NCBI GenBank assembly: GCA_963734545.1
Contig: CAVTHO010000010.1
Coordinates: forward strand, 1-64,000
Direction: 5' to 3'
Length of the DNA stretch: 64,000 nt
Source: an uncultured Spirochaetota bacterium
GTDB taxonomy: Bacteria; Spirochaetota; Spirochaetia; SZUA-6; Fen-1364
Shown here piece by piece: positions 1 to 10,054 of this stretch. Every line of letters begins with the position of its first letter. Within the stretch, counting starts at the first letter, position 1. The notes beneath the pieces were generated by a model. That model saw nothing but the letters and a program-made list of their open reading frames with translations. It was not told where the DNA came from and searched no databases. Position numbers and translations under genes: made by a program.

Positions 1-60
1 CTGGGCTCCCGCGGCAAACGTGACGGCAAGAGCGAACAGGACTGCGATGAACTTCCACAT
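1..60 (-). CDS. N-terminus (signal peptide) of a secreted protein, truncated by the window edge
   Basis: Minus strand from 60 reads MWKFIAVLFALAVTFAAGAQ, with an AGGAGG RBS just upstream (reverse complement of 61-70). Confidence 0.6.
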   Translation of the reverse strand, partial: MWKFIAVLFALAVTFAAGAQ

Positions 61-199
61 ACTTCCTCCTCGGCCCCGACCTCGTCGGCCCGCCCAGAGT
101 ACTCGCACTCCCCTCCGCATGGGTCAACGATCGGAATTCCTCCTTGATGTGCGGCGCGGCTCCTGTTTGCTGGCCGTACCGGTTCGCTACATTCGGTGA

Positions 200-1503
200 G
201 TGGATACGACGGCCCCCGATACGCATCGCACGGTCGACGCAGTCTGGAGAATCGAGTCGGCCAGGGTCATCGCCTGTGTCGCGCGCATGGTGCGCGACAT
301 CGGGCTCGCCGAGGAGCTCGCGCAGGACGCCCTGGTGGTCGCGCTCGAGCAAATGGCCGGTGTCGGGTGGGCGGTCAACCCCGCGCCTGGCTCATGACGG
401 TCGCGAAACGTCGCGCCATCGACTGGCTGCGCCGGAGCAGACTGCTCGCGCGCAAGCATGAAGAGCTCGGTCGGGCGCTCGAGATCCAGCAGGACATGAC
501 CGCGGCAGAGGACGACGCGATCGCCGACGCCGATGACGCCGTGGTAGGCGACGATACTCCTGCGCCTCATGTTCACCGCCTGTCATCCGGTGCTCTCTTC
601 CGAGGCGCGCTATTGCTCTCACGCTGCGCCTGCTCGGAGGCCTGAAGACAGAGGAGATTGCGCGGGCGTTCCTGGTCTCGGAGCCGACCATCGCCCAACG
701 AATCGTCCGGGCCAAGCGCACCCTTTCCGAAGCGGATGTCCCCTTCGAAGTCCCCCGCGCGCAAGACCTTGCCCCCCGCCTGTCGTCGGTGCTCGAGGTC
801 ATCTACCTCGTGTTCAATGAAGGCTACTCGGCCACCCGGGGTGAGGACTGGATACGCCCCGGCCTCTGCGAGGATGCGCTCCGTCTGGGCCGCATCCTCT
901 CGGAGCTCGCTCCGCGGGAGCCTGAGGTCCACGGGCTGGTCCCCTCATGGAAATCCAGGCGTCACGATTGAGGGCGCGCGTGGGACCGACGGGTGAGCCC
1001 ATCCTGCTCCTGGATCAGGACCGCGCCCGTTGGGACCAGCTTCTCATCCATCGCGGTCTCGCGGCGCTCGAGCGCGCCGTGTCGCCGGACGGCACGTATG
1101 GCCCGTATGGGCTCCAGGCCGCGATCGCCGCCTGTCACGCCAGGGCGCGCACCGCGGCGGAGACAGACTGGGCCCGCATCTCGGCGCTCTACGAGGCGCT
1201 CGCCGCGCTCACCCCGTCTCCTGTCGTCGAGCTGAATCGCGCCGTGGCCCGCGGTATGGCATTCGGCCCCGCGGCAGGCCTCGAGGTGGTGGACACGCTG
1301 ACCTCGGAGCCTTCGCTGAAAGCCTACCACCTCCTGCCCAGGGGGTCCGAGGAGACCTCCTCTTCAAGCTGGGCAGGCTCGACGAGAAGGCACGCGCCGA
1401 GTTCGAGCATGCGGCGTCGCTTACGCAGAACGCGCGTGAGCGCGAGGTGCTCCTCGCGCGCGCCCGGGCGTGCGCGACCAGCCCGAGGGAGGATTCCCTG
1501 TGA
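200..1503 (+). CDS. ECF sigma-70 factor with C-terminal TPR-like extension (ECF42-like), frameshifted
   Basis: Fragments across frames: VDAVWRIESARVIA..LAEELAQDAL, MFTACHPVLS, VLEVIYLVFNEGYSAT, SPVVELNRAVA, RGDLLFKLGR; several single-base indels. Confidence 0.85.
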
Positions 1504-2628
1504 AGCATCACATCGAGCGGCCTCTCGCCATCGCAATGTGGGACTTTTCCTGGCTCGAGCGTCGATGGCCCGGAGCAGGGTACGAGGACTGGGACCAGGC
1601 GCTGGATGAGCTTGCCGCCCGCGGCTATGACGCCGTGCGCATCGACGCCTACCCGCACCTCCTGTCCGCCTCGGCGGACAAGGCCTGGGAGCTGCTCCCT
1701 GCCTGGAATCAGACCGCGTGGGGGGCGCAGTCGAAGGTGGAGGTGCGGGTCGGCCCGGTGCTGCGGGATTTCATCCGGAAATGCCGTGACCGCAGGATCC
1801 TGGTCGGTCTCTCGACATGGAATCGACTCGAAGCGTCCGGCCTCCGGAACGGATCCGGGCGCCCGGCGACCACGCGCGGATCTGGCGGGACACGCTGCGC
1901 TACCTCGACGAGGCGGGGCTATTTCGACGCCCTGCTCTATGTGGATTTCAGCAACGAGTTTCCCGTCCCTTTCTGGACGCCGTATCTCTACGGCGGCAAC
2001 GAGAACGCTCCGTCCACTGAGGAGAAGCTGCGCGCATCGCCGGAAATGGCCTCCTGGATGCGCGACGCTATCGGGGAGGTTGCGGGCCTCTACCCGACTC
2101 TCGACTATACGTTTTCATTCTGCTCGCAGTACCGCGACTGGAAAGAGCAGGATGTTTCCATGCTCGATTTTCTGGAGCCGCACATCTGGATGTCGAATCC
2201 GGAAACCAGCGACTGGAACGAACGCGTCGGCTACCACTTCGAGAAGTTCGATCCGGTGGGATTCGCGCACATCGTCGAGAACGGCTATCGCGTCTACAAC
2301 GGCAGCAAGGCGAGGTACGATGCCGCCCTCATCGCCGAAATCGACAAGTGTCGCGGCCTGGTCACGCGCCTCGAAGAAGCCGCTCATCACCACCGAATGC
2401 TGGGCGGTTGTCGACTACAAGGACTGGCCGGGCCTGGACTGGGGCTGGGTCAAGGACCTGACGGCCAGGGGGGTCGCGCATGCCGCCTCGCAGGGCAGAT
2501 GGGTCGCCATCGCCACCTCGAACTTCTGCGGGCCGCAATTCGTCGGCATGTGGCGGGACATCGCCTGGCACCGCCGCCTGACGGATCTCATCAAGTCGTC
2601 TCCCATCGATCCGGACCTGAGGGCGTGA
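1500..2628 (+). CDS. Sugar-binding cellulase-like family protein (TIM-barrel glycoside-hydrolase-like), frameshifted
   Basis: GTG at 1500 after GGAGG; PLAIAMWDFSWLERRWPGAGYEDWD..GYDAVRIDAYPHL, ending ITTECWAVVDYKDWP..TSNFCGPQFVGMWRD in another frame. Confidence 0.85.
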
Positions 2629-2639
2629 GCTGCGGCCTC

Positions 2640-3830
2640 CTATTTGACCAGGAGGCCCGTCAGGTAGAGCAGCGACATCCCGGCCACGGCGCCGCCCGCG
2701 ACAGTCAGGGGCATGCGCGCGGACTGGACGTCCTGCCTGATCAGCTTCACGATCTCCCAGGCGACCTCGAGGACCGCGCCCGCCCCGACCGAGAGAAAGA
2801 GCACCGAGAGGATCGGCGAGTACACGAGACCGCCCACCCAGGTCCCGGCAATTGCGGGCGCGCCGCCGAGGAGACCGAGTCCCGCAAGGGTGCCGAGGGA
2901 TGGCTTCTCCTTCACGATGGTGGCAACGATCCCCAGCCCCTCCGTGATGTTCTGCAAGATGAAGCCGATCACCAGAAAGGTGCCAAGGGCTGCCGCGCCG
3001 ATACTGAACGAGGCGCCTATGGCAAGACCTTCGCCGAGATTGTGCAACCCGATCCCCAGGGCGATCATGAATGCGACCCGGATGCGGTGTGTCGCTTCGC
3101 CGGCCCCTGAGCGTGACTGCAGCCGGGCCACGGCATGGAGCCCGAGAATTGTCGCCACGATGCCGATGCCGATGAGTCCCACACCCTGGAAAGGCCCGCC
3201 GATGAGGGCGGCCGACTCGAGGGCCTCGTTTGCCGCGTCGATTCCGAGGTAAAGGAGCAGCCCTACCGTGAGGGCCATCAAGGCGAGAAATGCGCGCTTG
3301 CCAAGACGCCGCAGGAGCGGAAACCAGAACATCCCGAGAAACACGGGCACGACCCCGACGTACAGGCCGATGAGCGTAAAGCTCAGTAGCGTGCCGGCTT
3401 CGGCGCCCCGGGTCTCGGCCGCCGCATCGATAGTGGTATCGAACGGGACCGAGTTGCCCGTGAAGATCCGGATCGCATACGCCTCCCCTTCGACCCAGGG
3501 ATACGGGATGCTCACCACGGCCCTGCCGAGCCTCGGCACGGTCCGGTCAGGGCTCACACGAAAGGAAACAAAGGCATCACGCACGTCCACCTGCGCGAGG
3601 GTGATGTCCTGGGGGCTCGTGTTGCGCACGTGCAGGTCGATGATACCCGGCTGGAGAGTCGTCTTCTCGAACACCAGGCTTTCGATGGGCGCCGCCGGCT
3701 GCACCTTCAGCCCGGCGCCGTTCGTCTTCAGGAAGACCGCGATAACGCCGGCAAGAAGGATCACGGGGACGCTGAAGAGCAGAAGGGTCATTCCCGGCCC
3801 GCGGCGGGCTCCATTTTCGATGGCTTTCAT
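2640..3830 (-). CDS. ZIP (ZupT/GufA) family metal transporter with N-terminal extracytoplasmic domain
   Basis: IGLHNLGEGLAIG and LQNITEGLGI ZIP motifs; multiple TM helices. Confidence 0.9.
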   Translation of the reverse strand: MKAIENGARRGPGMTLLLFSVPVILLAGVIAVFLKTNGAGLKVQPAAPIESLVFEKTTLQPGIIDLHVRNTSPQDITLAQVDVRDAFVSFRVSPDRTVPRLGRAVVSIPYPWVEGEAYAIRIFTGNSVPFDTTIDAAAETRGAEAGTLLSFTLIGLYVGVVPVFLGMFWFPLLRRLGKRAFLALMALTVGLLLYLGIDAANEALESAALIGGPFQGVGLIGIGIVATILGLHAVARLQSRSGAGEATHRIRVAFMIALGIGLHNLGEGLAIGASFSIGAAALGTFLVIGFILQNITEGLGIVATIVKEKPSLGTLAGLGLLGGAPAIAGTWVGGLVYSPILSVLFLSVGAGAVLEVAWEIVKLIRQDVQSARMPLTVAGGAVAGMSLLYLTGLLVK

Positions 3831-3833
3831 GGC

Positions 3834-4871
3834 TTACTCCTCCACTTCGAGCACGCCTGTCCAGCCCAGCTCCGCGAACTCGGTCTTGTGCGCGTGGAAC
3901 ATGTAGCGGCCGGGAAAATGGTACCGGAATTCGAGGATTCCACGCTGGGCCTGCATCTGCGCGACCGTGTCGGTGTGCTCGGAAGGCGCAAGGCTCGTTC
4001 CCGTGGGATAATAATCGAAGAAATTGGCGTGAATGTGGAATGAGTTGCTCTGGTCGAATTCGAGCATGTTCACGAGGTACACGCGCACGAGGGCTTCTTT
4101 CTTCACCTTGATAGGGTGCCGGTCATAATAGAAGGGAATGAAATTCACATTGTAGAAATCATTCTCATTGTCGAAGTCGATGTCGTTTCCCGCCATGACC
4201 ATGACGAGCTCCTGATCCGCACGGGGCCTCCCCTGCCGGGGATCGATGATCATGGCCCCGTAGAGACCGCGGCTGATATGGCTGGCAAGCGGCATGACGT
4301 GGCAGTGATAGGGATGCACGCCGAAAGGCGCCGCGTCGAACTCGTACAGGAAGCTTCCGCCCGGCTCCACCGGCTCGTACACGCCGTCCATACCGGCCGG
4401 ATGCACCGTGTGGAAATGGATCGAATGCGGATGAGGCGTGGCATTATGGAAATGGATCCTGATCCGGTCTCCCTCGGTCGCCCGGATGGTCGGGCCGGGA
4501 ACCCGGCCATTGTACGTCCATGCCGTGTACACGATTCCCGGCACGACCTCGACGTCCCTGATCTCCGCGGTGAACCAGTATTCCCTCAGGCGCTGACCGG
4601 TCGGCAGGATGCTGACAGAGCCGTAGTCGAAATCGGTGAGAATCGCCGCTGGATCGAAACCATTGGCGGCCGTATCGACCTCGCCGACCACACCGGGCAT
4701 GAATGCGCCGGCGTGCCTCGTTCCCTCTGCCTCGTGTGAGGCCAATGGAGAGTGAGCTGCCCGTCTGGGCCTGGCCGCGTCCGTGCCGCTGCCCGTGCAG
4801 CTCACGAGAAAGCCTGCGAAAGCAAGGAGAAACACCGCAGCATGGACAAAGCGAGCACGCGTGACGATCAC
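3834..4871 (-). CDS. Two-domain multicopper oxidase, probable lipoprotein
   Basis: YNGRVPGPTIR, HSIHFH, YHCH..H, FHIHAN, MFHAH copper motifs; LVSC lipobox-like signal. Confidence 0.9.
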   Translation of the reverse strand: MIVTRARFVHAAVFLLAFAGFLVSCTGSGTDAARPRRAAHSPLASHEAEGTRHAGAFMPGVVGEVDTAANGFDPAAILTDFDYGSVSILPTGQRLREYWFTAEIRDVEVVPGIVYTAWTYNGRVPGPTIRATEGDRIRIHFHNATPHPHSIHFHTVHPAGMDGVYEPVEPGGSFLYEFDAAPFGVHPYHCHVMPLASHISRGLYGAMIIDPRQGRPRADQELVMVMAGNDIDFDNENDFYNVNFIPFYYDRHPIKVKKEALVRVYLVNMLEFDQSNSFHIHANFFDYYPTGTSLAPSEHTDTVAQMQAQRGILEFRYHFPGRYMFHAHKTEFAELGWTGVLEVEE

Positions 4872-5551
4872 GGGGCGCCTCCCGCGCGGGAGACGAGCAC
4901 GCAGGATGCGAGAGTCTCCCCGATCGGCTCTTCGGGCCGGGAGGAGAGCTCCAGGTGCACGATCCCGCTCCCCGGCTCGGCCGGCCTGACCCGAACGGAG
5001 ACACCCGGCACGAGACCGATGGACTCGAGGTGACGAAGCTGGCCGGGCTCCCGGCAGGTGATCTGCCGGACCACGGCGTGCTCACCGGCGTGGAGCGCCG
5101 TAAGCGCAACGAGCGCCCTTTGCTTCACGCGGCCGGTGCTGTCAGGAATGGGCGAGCCATGCGGATCGAACGCAGGATGACCAAGGTAGGCATCGATCTT
5201 CTCTTCCAGGGCCTCGGACATCGCGTGCTCGAGGCGGTCAGCCTCCCCGTGCACGGTCTCCAGGGTGAATCCGAGCGCCTTCTGGAGATACGTCTCCAGG
5301 AGTCGGTGGTGGCGCACCACCTCGAGCGCCTGTCGTTCCCCTGCCCGGGTGAGGGCGATGGAAAGATACGGCGTGTAGGAAACGAGCTTTCGTGAGGCCA
5401 GCTTTCGCATCATGCTCGTCACCGAGGGAAGGGAAACCCCCAGTGTCCGGGCAAGCAGAGACGCGGAAACTCCCCCCGCCTCTTTTTCCAGGCAATAGAT
5501 GGCCTTGAGGTAATCCTGCAGAGTCCCTGAAAGCGTTGTTTCCATGCTCAT
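4868..5551 (-). CDS. DtxR/MntR family metal-dependent repressor with C-terminal FeoA domain
   Basis: QDYLKAIY, SVTSMMRKL, RHHRLLETYL, EADRLEH, DPHGSPIP. Confidence 0.95.
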   Translation of the reverse strand: MSMETTLSGTLQDYLKAIYCLEKEAGGVSASLLARTLGVSLPSVTSMMRKLASRKLVSYTPYLSIALTRAGERQALEVVRHHRLLETYLQKALGFTLETVHGEADRLEHAMSEALEEKIDAYLGHPAFDPHGSPIPDSTGRVKQRALVALTALHAGEHAVVRQITCREPGQLRHLESIGLVPGVSVRVRPAEPGSGIVHLELSSRPEEPIGETLASCVLVSRAGGAP

Positions 5552-5568
5552 CTCCTCTAACTAATAAG

Positions 5569-5582
5569 TTAGACATATCTAA
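5569..5582. promoter_or_regulatory. DtxR/MntR-type operator (TTAG-N6-CTAA)
   Basis: TTAGACATATCTAA imperfect palindrome 17 bp upstream of the regulator start, overlapping the predicted -10/+1. Confidence 0.75.
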
Positions 5583-5609
5583 TATGCTGCGACAGTCCGG
5601 GAAAGACAA
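5581..5609 (-). promoter_or_regulatory. sigma70-like promoter of the DtxR-MCO-ZIP operon
   Basis: Minus strand TTGTCT-N17-CATATT. Confidence 0.5.
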
Positions 5610-5682
5610 GTATTTCCCGGCAGCGTGGCGTGCGCTTCCGCTTTTCCGCGGCCGGGCACGCGGGCACCGGGACGCGCAGCCG

Positions 5683-8600
5683 CTACGGGACGCGGGCGGG
5701 CTGTCGGGGAGACCTCTGGCGAAGATAGTGCAGGTGGGGGATCAGGACCTTGTTGGGATTGCCGGTGCCGTCATAGAAAATGTCGATGATCGGAATCCCG
5801 AAATCCTCCTGGATCTTTCGGAACAGGGACGCCGTGACCACCCCGGGGCAGCAGAACAGCGGATTGACATGGATGATGGCCTCCACGCTCCCTCTTTCAC
5901 AGAGAAAGAGGGCCCTTCCCACGTTGATCGCAGTTTCGCCCGGCAGGTAGTGGCGCAGCCCGTACTTGTCCGTGAGCCGCACGCATTCGGCGTAGTCCGG
6001 CTCCGCCTGGTCCTCCAGGAGGTCTTTCACGATGGACTCGTAACGCCCCTCGATGGTGCGCAGCAGCCGGTAGCTGCGGTCATCTTCACCATACTGCCGG
6101 ATTCCGATATCGAAGAAATGCAGGGCATACTCGGACATGGACGAGACCACAAGCTCTCCCTGCATGGCCTCCACCGTGGATTGTATCCCTTCGTTCACGA
6201 CCGCGTTGTATTTCACGTACAGGTCCCCCAGGAGCGCGATCCGGGGCTTCCGGCCCCGGGTTTCGTCCCGCGGGACCGCGCGGAAGAGATCCGCCGCCCT
6301 TCCCAGGGACGTCCGGAGCTCCGTTCCCGCAAGGATGGCGCTGCTGATGAGATCCCGCGCGGCGTTGAAGGCCCGTTCCGTGTCCCCCACGGTCTTTTCA
6401 TAGGGCCGGATGCGGAATTGCAGCTTGTAGAGGATGCAGGCCACGATGTAGGACTCGAGCAGCTTGATGGCCAGTGACTGAGGCAGGCTGTCGCCAAGGG
6501 CCATGAAGTTGATGCGGCCGATCCTGATCCCCCCGATGCCGGCGGCCTGAAACGCCATCTCCGCGAATATCGGAAACTGCGGCATGTTGCACGCCATGGG
6601 GATCGTGGGAATGAAGAAGAAGGTTTCCGCCGGGTTCAGGCCCTCCCCCTGCACCCGTTCGATCGCCGCCCCGACGATGGCTGCCAAAGGCATGCATTCG
6701 CCGCCGCTGGCGAAGCGATAGCCCGTGTTCAGCGCCGCGGCGCTTGCATCCAAGAGCAGCGCCGGATGCCCTGCGCGGGAGAAGCTCTGCGCCCAGAACG
6801 TGCTGATGAGGCTGTCCATGGCCGCGATGAGCACCGTGTCGCCTCCACGGAGCGCATCGTCCCGGGCATGGGTGACAGCGGCTGCTGCCCCCTTCCCGTC
6901 TCCGCCCTCCTCACGCGTTTCCCTCCCGCGATGGCTGCGAAACGACTGCAGCGCGGCCTCGATCCGCGTTGCGTAACCCACGTCGGACGCGTGCGCATCC
7001 AGCTGCAGGATGAGGAAGGGCTTCCCATAGTGGGAGAAAATGTCCTTGACGTAGCTCAGGAGGAAGGCGTCCGGGCTGCAGCGAAAAGATGTGAGAAAAA
7101 CGGGATAGAGATTTTCCGTCCGGGCGGCCATCTCGGCAACCCGAATGATCTGCCTGCCGAAGTGCCAATGCATGCGCTCCAGGTACTTGTTGCCATACCC
7201 GGGCTCGTGCGTCTCGAGGTCGAGCTCGTCCTGCCAGTACACCTCTGCCCCCAGCTTCTCAAAGGCGCGCGGAAGGGAGAGGTGGAGAAGCGGATCGAAT
7301 GCCACGTAAGGCCTTCCCATGAGCACGACGCGCAGGGGGCCGTCGGTCCCCTTGGCGGCCGTCTCCCGCGTGAACGTCTTCCCCCACAGTCCCTGCGCCG
7401 ATTGCAGCAGAGCATACGCGTCTTGAAAGGCCTCGCGCGTCTCGCCGGGATCGAGGTCGGGAAAGTGCTCCTGCAGCGCGGCGTGCAGGGTCAGGGCGAT
7501 CTTCTCGTCACTCATTTCCCGGAAAGCGACGAGCGGCGCGATCAGACGTCCCTTCATCGTGAACGCAGTCAGCTTGTCCACCACTGTGGGGAAGTATTGG
7601 GAGTAGTAGCAGAAGGCGCTGTCCGTTCCCTTTCTGCGGAATCCTCCGATGACGGGCGCTTCGCCGTCTCTCTCGTTGGTCACCGAGGGAAGGAAGAGAT
7701 AGTCGACACCGCTGTCCAGGAGCTGCTTCACGTAGCCGTGCGCGAGGATCATGGGCGCGCAGAAGTCGGAGTTCACCACCGCGGCGCCCTCCTCCATCGC
7801 GCTGCCTTTCTCTTCCGATTCTCTCACCGTGAATCCGAGCCGGGAGAGAAAGGCGTGCCACAGCGGTCCATAGGAGACGCTGGCCAGACAGCGGGGAATG
7901 CCGATGGTGATATGCGCGCGGCGGCGCGCAGGGGGAGAAAGGTCGGGTGGAGCCGCAAAGAGGGGCGCCATCCGCAGCGCGAACCGCCTCTCGATGCCCG
8001 CCACTTCTTCCGCGCCGGCGTGTGCCGCCGGACTCCGTTCGGCGTAGTCCCTGCCGCATTTCATGCCCCACCCCGTGCGGGCATCGCCGCGCTGCACGAC
8101 GGTCAGGTGGCAGCGGTTCACGCAGAGGCGGCATTCCTCGCTCTGGACGGCGACAGGACGGGTGTCCCAGAGAAAGCGGGACCCGGTGAGCCCCTGTTCC
8201 CTGCAGAGGAGGGCCGCACCCAGCGCTCCCGTGAGGTGGCACCAGGGCGAGACGTGGATCGGCGTGCCCAGGTGCTGCTCGAAGGCGGCCACGAGCGCGC
8301 GGTTCCTCGCCGTGGCGCCCTGGAAAACGATCTCTTTTCCCAGCGGACTGCGGGCCACGACTTTTGAAAGATAGTTGTCGCGGACGGAATGCAGCACGGC
8401 GGCCGCAAGGGAAGGGCGCGACCAGCCTTCCCCCAGCATCGCACCGAGGTCTCTCTCCATGTACACCGTGCAGCGGTCGCTCGTGAAGGGCGCGCGGTCA
8501 GCGAGCGCCATCTCGGAAAACTCCGCCAGGCTCACCCCGAGTCTCTTTGCCTGCTCTTCGATGAAACTCCCCGTGCCGGCCGCGCAGACGTAATTCATTG

Positions 8601-9882
8601 CGGACAGATACACGTCCCCGTCACGGATGCGGGTGAACTTGGAGTCCTGACCCCCGATCTCTATGACGGTGTCCACACCGGGATGAAGGAAGACGGCCGC
8701 CTTTGCGTGCGCGGTGATCTCGTTCACCTCGCGGTCCGCCTGGAAGACCTCGCGGATCATCCTGCGGCCGGAGCCGGTTGTCGATACGCCCAGGAGAGCC
8801 GGGCTCGCGGCGTCTGATCCCCGCGTCATGCTGCGCAGGAGCCTCTGCACCGCCGCAATGGGGTCGCCGCCGGTCCGCGCATAGTACCCGCCCAGTATTT
8901 GCGCATCACGGTCGATCAGGACCGCTTTCGTGCTGGTGGACCCGATGTCGATGCCCATGAACACGCCGGCGCCGGCAGCGGCTTTTCCGTTCGGGAGGAA
9001 GGTTTCCACGCCGTCGCGCTCTTCGATCGAAAAGGCATGGAGCGCAGGGTAGTCGGCGAGGTTCCGCGGAAGGGCCTCGCGCACTGTCCGGCCGACAGTC
9101 TTCTTCGGGAACAGGTCGCGGAAGTCGACCGGGGATGCGGTACCCAGCAGAGCGGCGCCCAGTGCGCCGACCAGCGGGGAATGCGCGGGCACCACCACCG
9201 ACCTTCCCAGGTGCGTCTCGATGGATGCGGCGATCCTGGCGTTCAGGGAGACTCCGCCGACCAGTCCCACGGGAGAGGACAGCTCGCGGCCCTTGAGCAG
9301 CGTGTCCAGAAGGCTCCGGGAAATCCCTTCGCACAATCCCGCGCAGATGGCGTCCAGCGAGTGACCTTCCTGCATGGCATGGGTGATGTCGGTCTTGGCA
9401 AAGACGGCGCAGCGCGTCGCAATGCGCGGGGCCTTCCCCCGGAACGACGCCGCGCGGCGGGAAAGCTCCTGGACGGTCAGCCCCAGGCGCTCGGCCTGCT
9501 GCTCGAGGAAGGATCCGGTTCCCGCGGCGCACGGCGGGTTGGCGGTATGTTCGCGGTACTTCCCCTGCTCGTCCAGCAGGATCAATGAGAAGGACTGCCC
9601 GCCGATGAATATGATGTTCCTGCTGTCGGGCAGGATCCACCGGGCGCCTTCGACCGTGGCGAGCATGCCGTCGATGATCCGTCCGCCCGGGTTCGCCAGG
9701 CTCCCGGTGACGCCGACCGTATCCGGGGAGCCGAAGCCGGGATCCGCCCGCACCGAGTCCAGCGCCGCATCTATTTCCCCTCCATGCTCACGGTACACGG
9801 ATCGCACGACGGCACGATCCTCGATCAGGACCGCGGTGAGATAGAGCGAGCCTATGTCGATCCCCAGTCTCCGCTTTGACAT
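5683..9882 (-). CDS. Acyl-CoA dehydratase activase-like protein (2x BadF/BadG/BcrA/BcrD ASKHA modules + DUF2229/HgdD-like domains)
   Basis: GIDIGS twice, CAAGTGSF(L/I)E twice, RCAVF/RCTVY, CxxCxNxC, GRPY, FRCSPD, PLFCCPG; start placed at MSKRRLGIDIGS. Confidence 0.9.
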   Translation of the reverse strand: MSKRRLGIDIGSLYLTAVLIEDRAVVRSVYREHGGEIDAALDSVRADPGFGSPDTVGVTGSLANPGGRIIDGMLATVEGARWILPDSRNIIFIGGQSFSLILLDEQGKYREHTANPPCAAGTGSFLEQQAERLGLTVQELSRRAASFRGKAPRIATRCAVFAKTDITHAMQEGHSLDAICAGLCEGISRSLLDTLLKGRELSSPVGLVGGVSLNARIAASIETHLGRSVVVPAHSPLVGALGAALLGTASPVDFRDLFPKKTVGRTVREALPRNLADYPALHAFSIEERDGVETFLPNGKAAAGAGVFMGIDIGSTSTKAVLIDRDAQILGGYYARTGGDPIAAVQRLLRSMTRGSDAASPALLGVSTTGSGRRMIREVFQADREVNEITAHAKAAVFLHPGVDTVIEIGGQDSKFTRIRDGDVYLSAMNYVCAAGTGSFIEEQAKRLGVSLAEFSEMALADRAPFTSDRCTVYMERDLGAMLGEGWSRPSLAAAVLHSVRDNYLSKVVARSPLGKEIVFQGATARNRALVAAFEQHLGTPIHVSPWCHLTGALGAALLCREQGLTGSRFLWDTRPVAVQSEECRLCVNRCHLTVVQRGDARTGWGMKCGRDYAERSPAAHAGAEEVAGIERRFALRMAPLFAAPPDLSPPARRRAHITIGIPRCLASVSYGPLWHAFLSRLGFTVRESEEKGSAMEEGAAVVNSDFCAPMILAHGYVKQLLDSGVDYLFLPSVTNERDGEAPVIGGFRRKGTDSAFCYYSQYFPTVVDKLTAFTMKGRLIAPLVAFREMSDEKIALTLHAALQEHFPDLDPGETREAFQDAYALLQSAQGLWGKTFTRETAAKGTDGPLRVVLMGRPYVAFDPLLHLSLPRAFEKLGAEVYWQDELDLETHEPGYGNKYLERMHWHFGRQIIRVAEMAARTENLYPVFLTSFRCSPDAFLLSYVKDIFSHYGKPFLILQLDAHASDVGYATRIEAALQSFRSHRGRETREEGGDGKGAAAAVTHARDDALRGGDTVLIAAMDSLISTFWAQSFSRAGHPALLLDASAAALNTGYRFASGGECMPLAAIVGAAIERVQGEGLNPAETFFFIPTIPMACNMPQFPIFAEMAFQAAGIGGIRIGRINFMALGDSLPQSLAIKLLESYIVACILYKLQFRIRPYEKTVGDTERAFNAARDLISSAILAGTELRTSLGRAADLFRAVPRDETRGRKPRIALLGDLYVKYNAVVNEGIQSTVEAMQGELVVSSMSEYALHFFDIGIRQYGEDDRSYRLLRTIEGRYESIVKDLLEDQAEPDYAECVRLTDKYGLRHYLPGETAINVGRALFLCERGSVEAIIHVNPLFCCPGVVTASLFRKIQEDFGIPIIDIFYDGTGNPNKVLIPHLHYLRQRSPRQPARVP

Positions 9883-10007
9883 GGACAGCTCCGGCAATGT
9901 GCGAGGATGCTCCTCATCATGGAGACCGGAGGCGCCGCCGTCAATAGCACGAATCAAGGTCCCCCGGTCGTCATGCCGCGTCAAAGCGGGAGAACCCGCG
10001 CGCGCGA

Positions 10008-10036
10008 TTGAACTTCACAATACGGAATGGTAATCT
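10008..10036 (+). promoter_or_regulatory. sigma70 promoter of the LuxR gene
   Basis: TTGAAC-N17-TAATCT with an extended TGn element. Confidence 0.55.
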
Positions 10037-10054
10037 CAACAATCAAAGGGCAGA

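Noticed and set aside
200-2400. Programmed frameshifting in the sigma and cellulase-like genes
   Set aside because: Multiple scattered indels without slippery-site plus hairpin signatures; sequencing error is more parsimonious
3834-4871. Calling the copper protein NirK nitrite reductase
   Set aside because: It has HxH pairs in both domains typical of trinuclear-site two-domain oxidases, and its context is metal homeostasis
5536-8367. Long plus-strand ORFs (313 aa, 533 aa)
   Set aside because: Antisense shadows of the activase gene in high-GC DNA; no domain motifs
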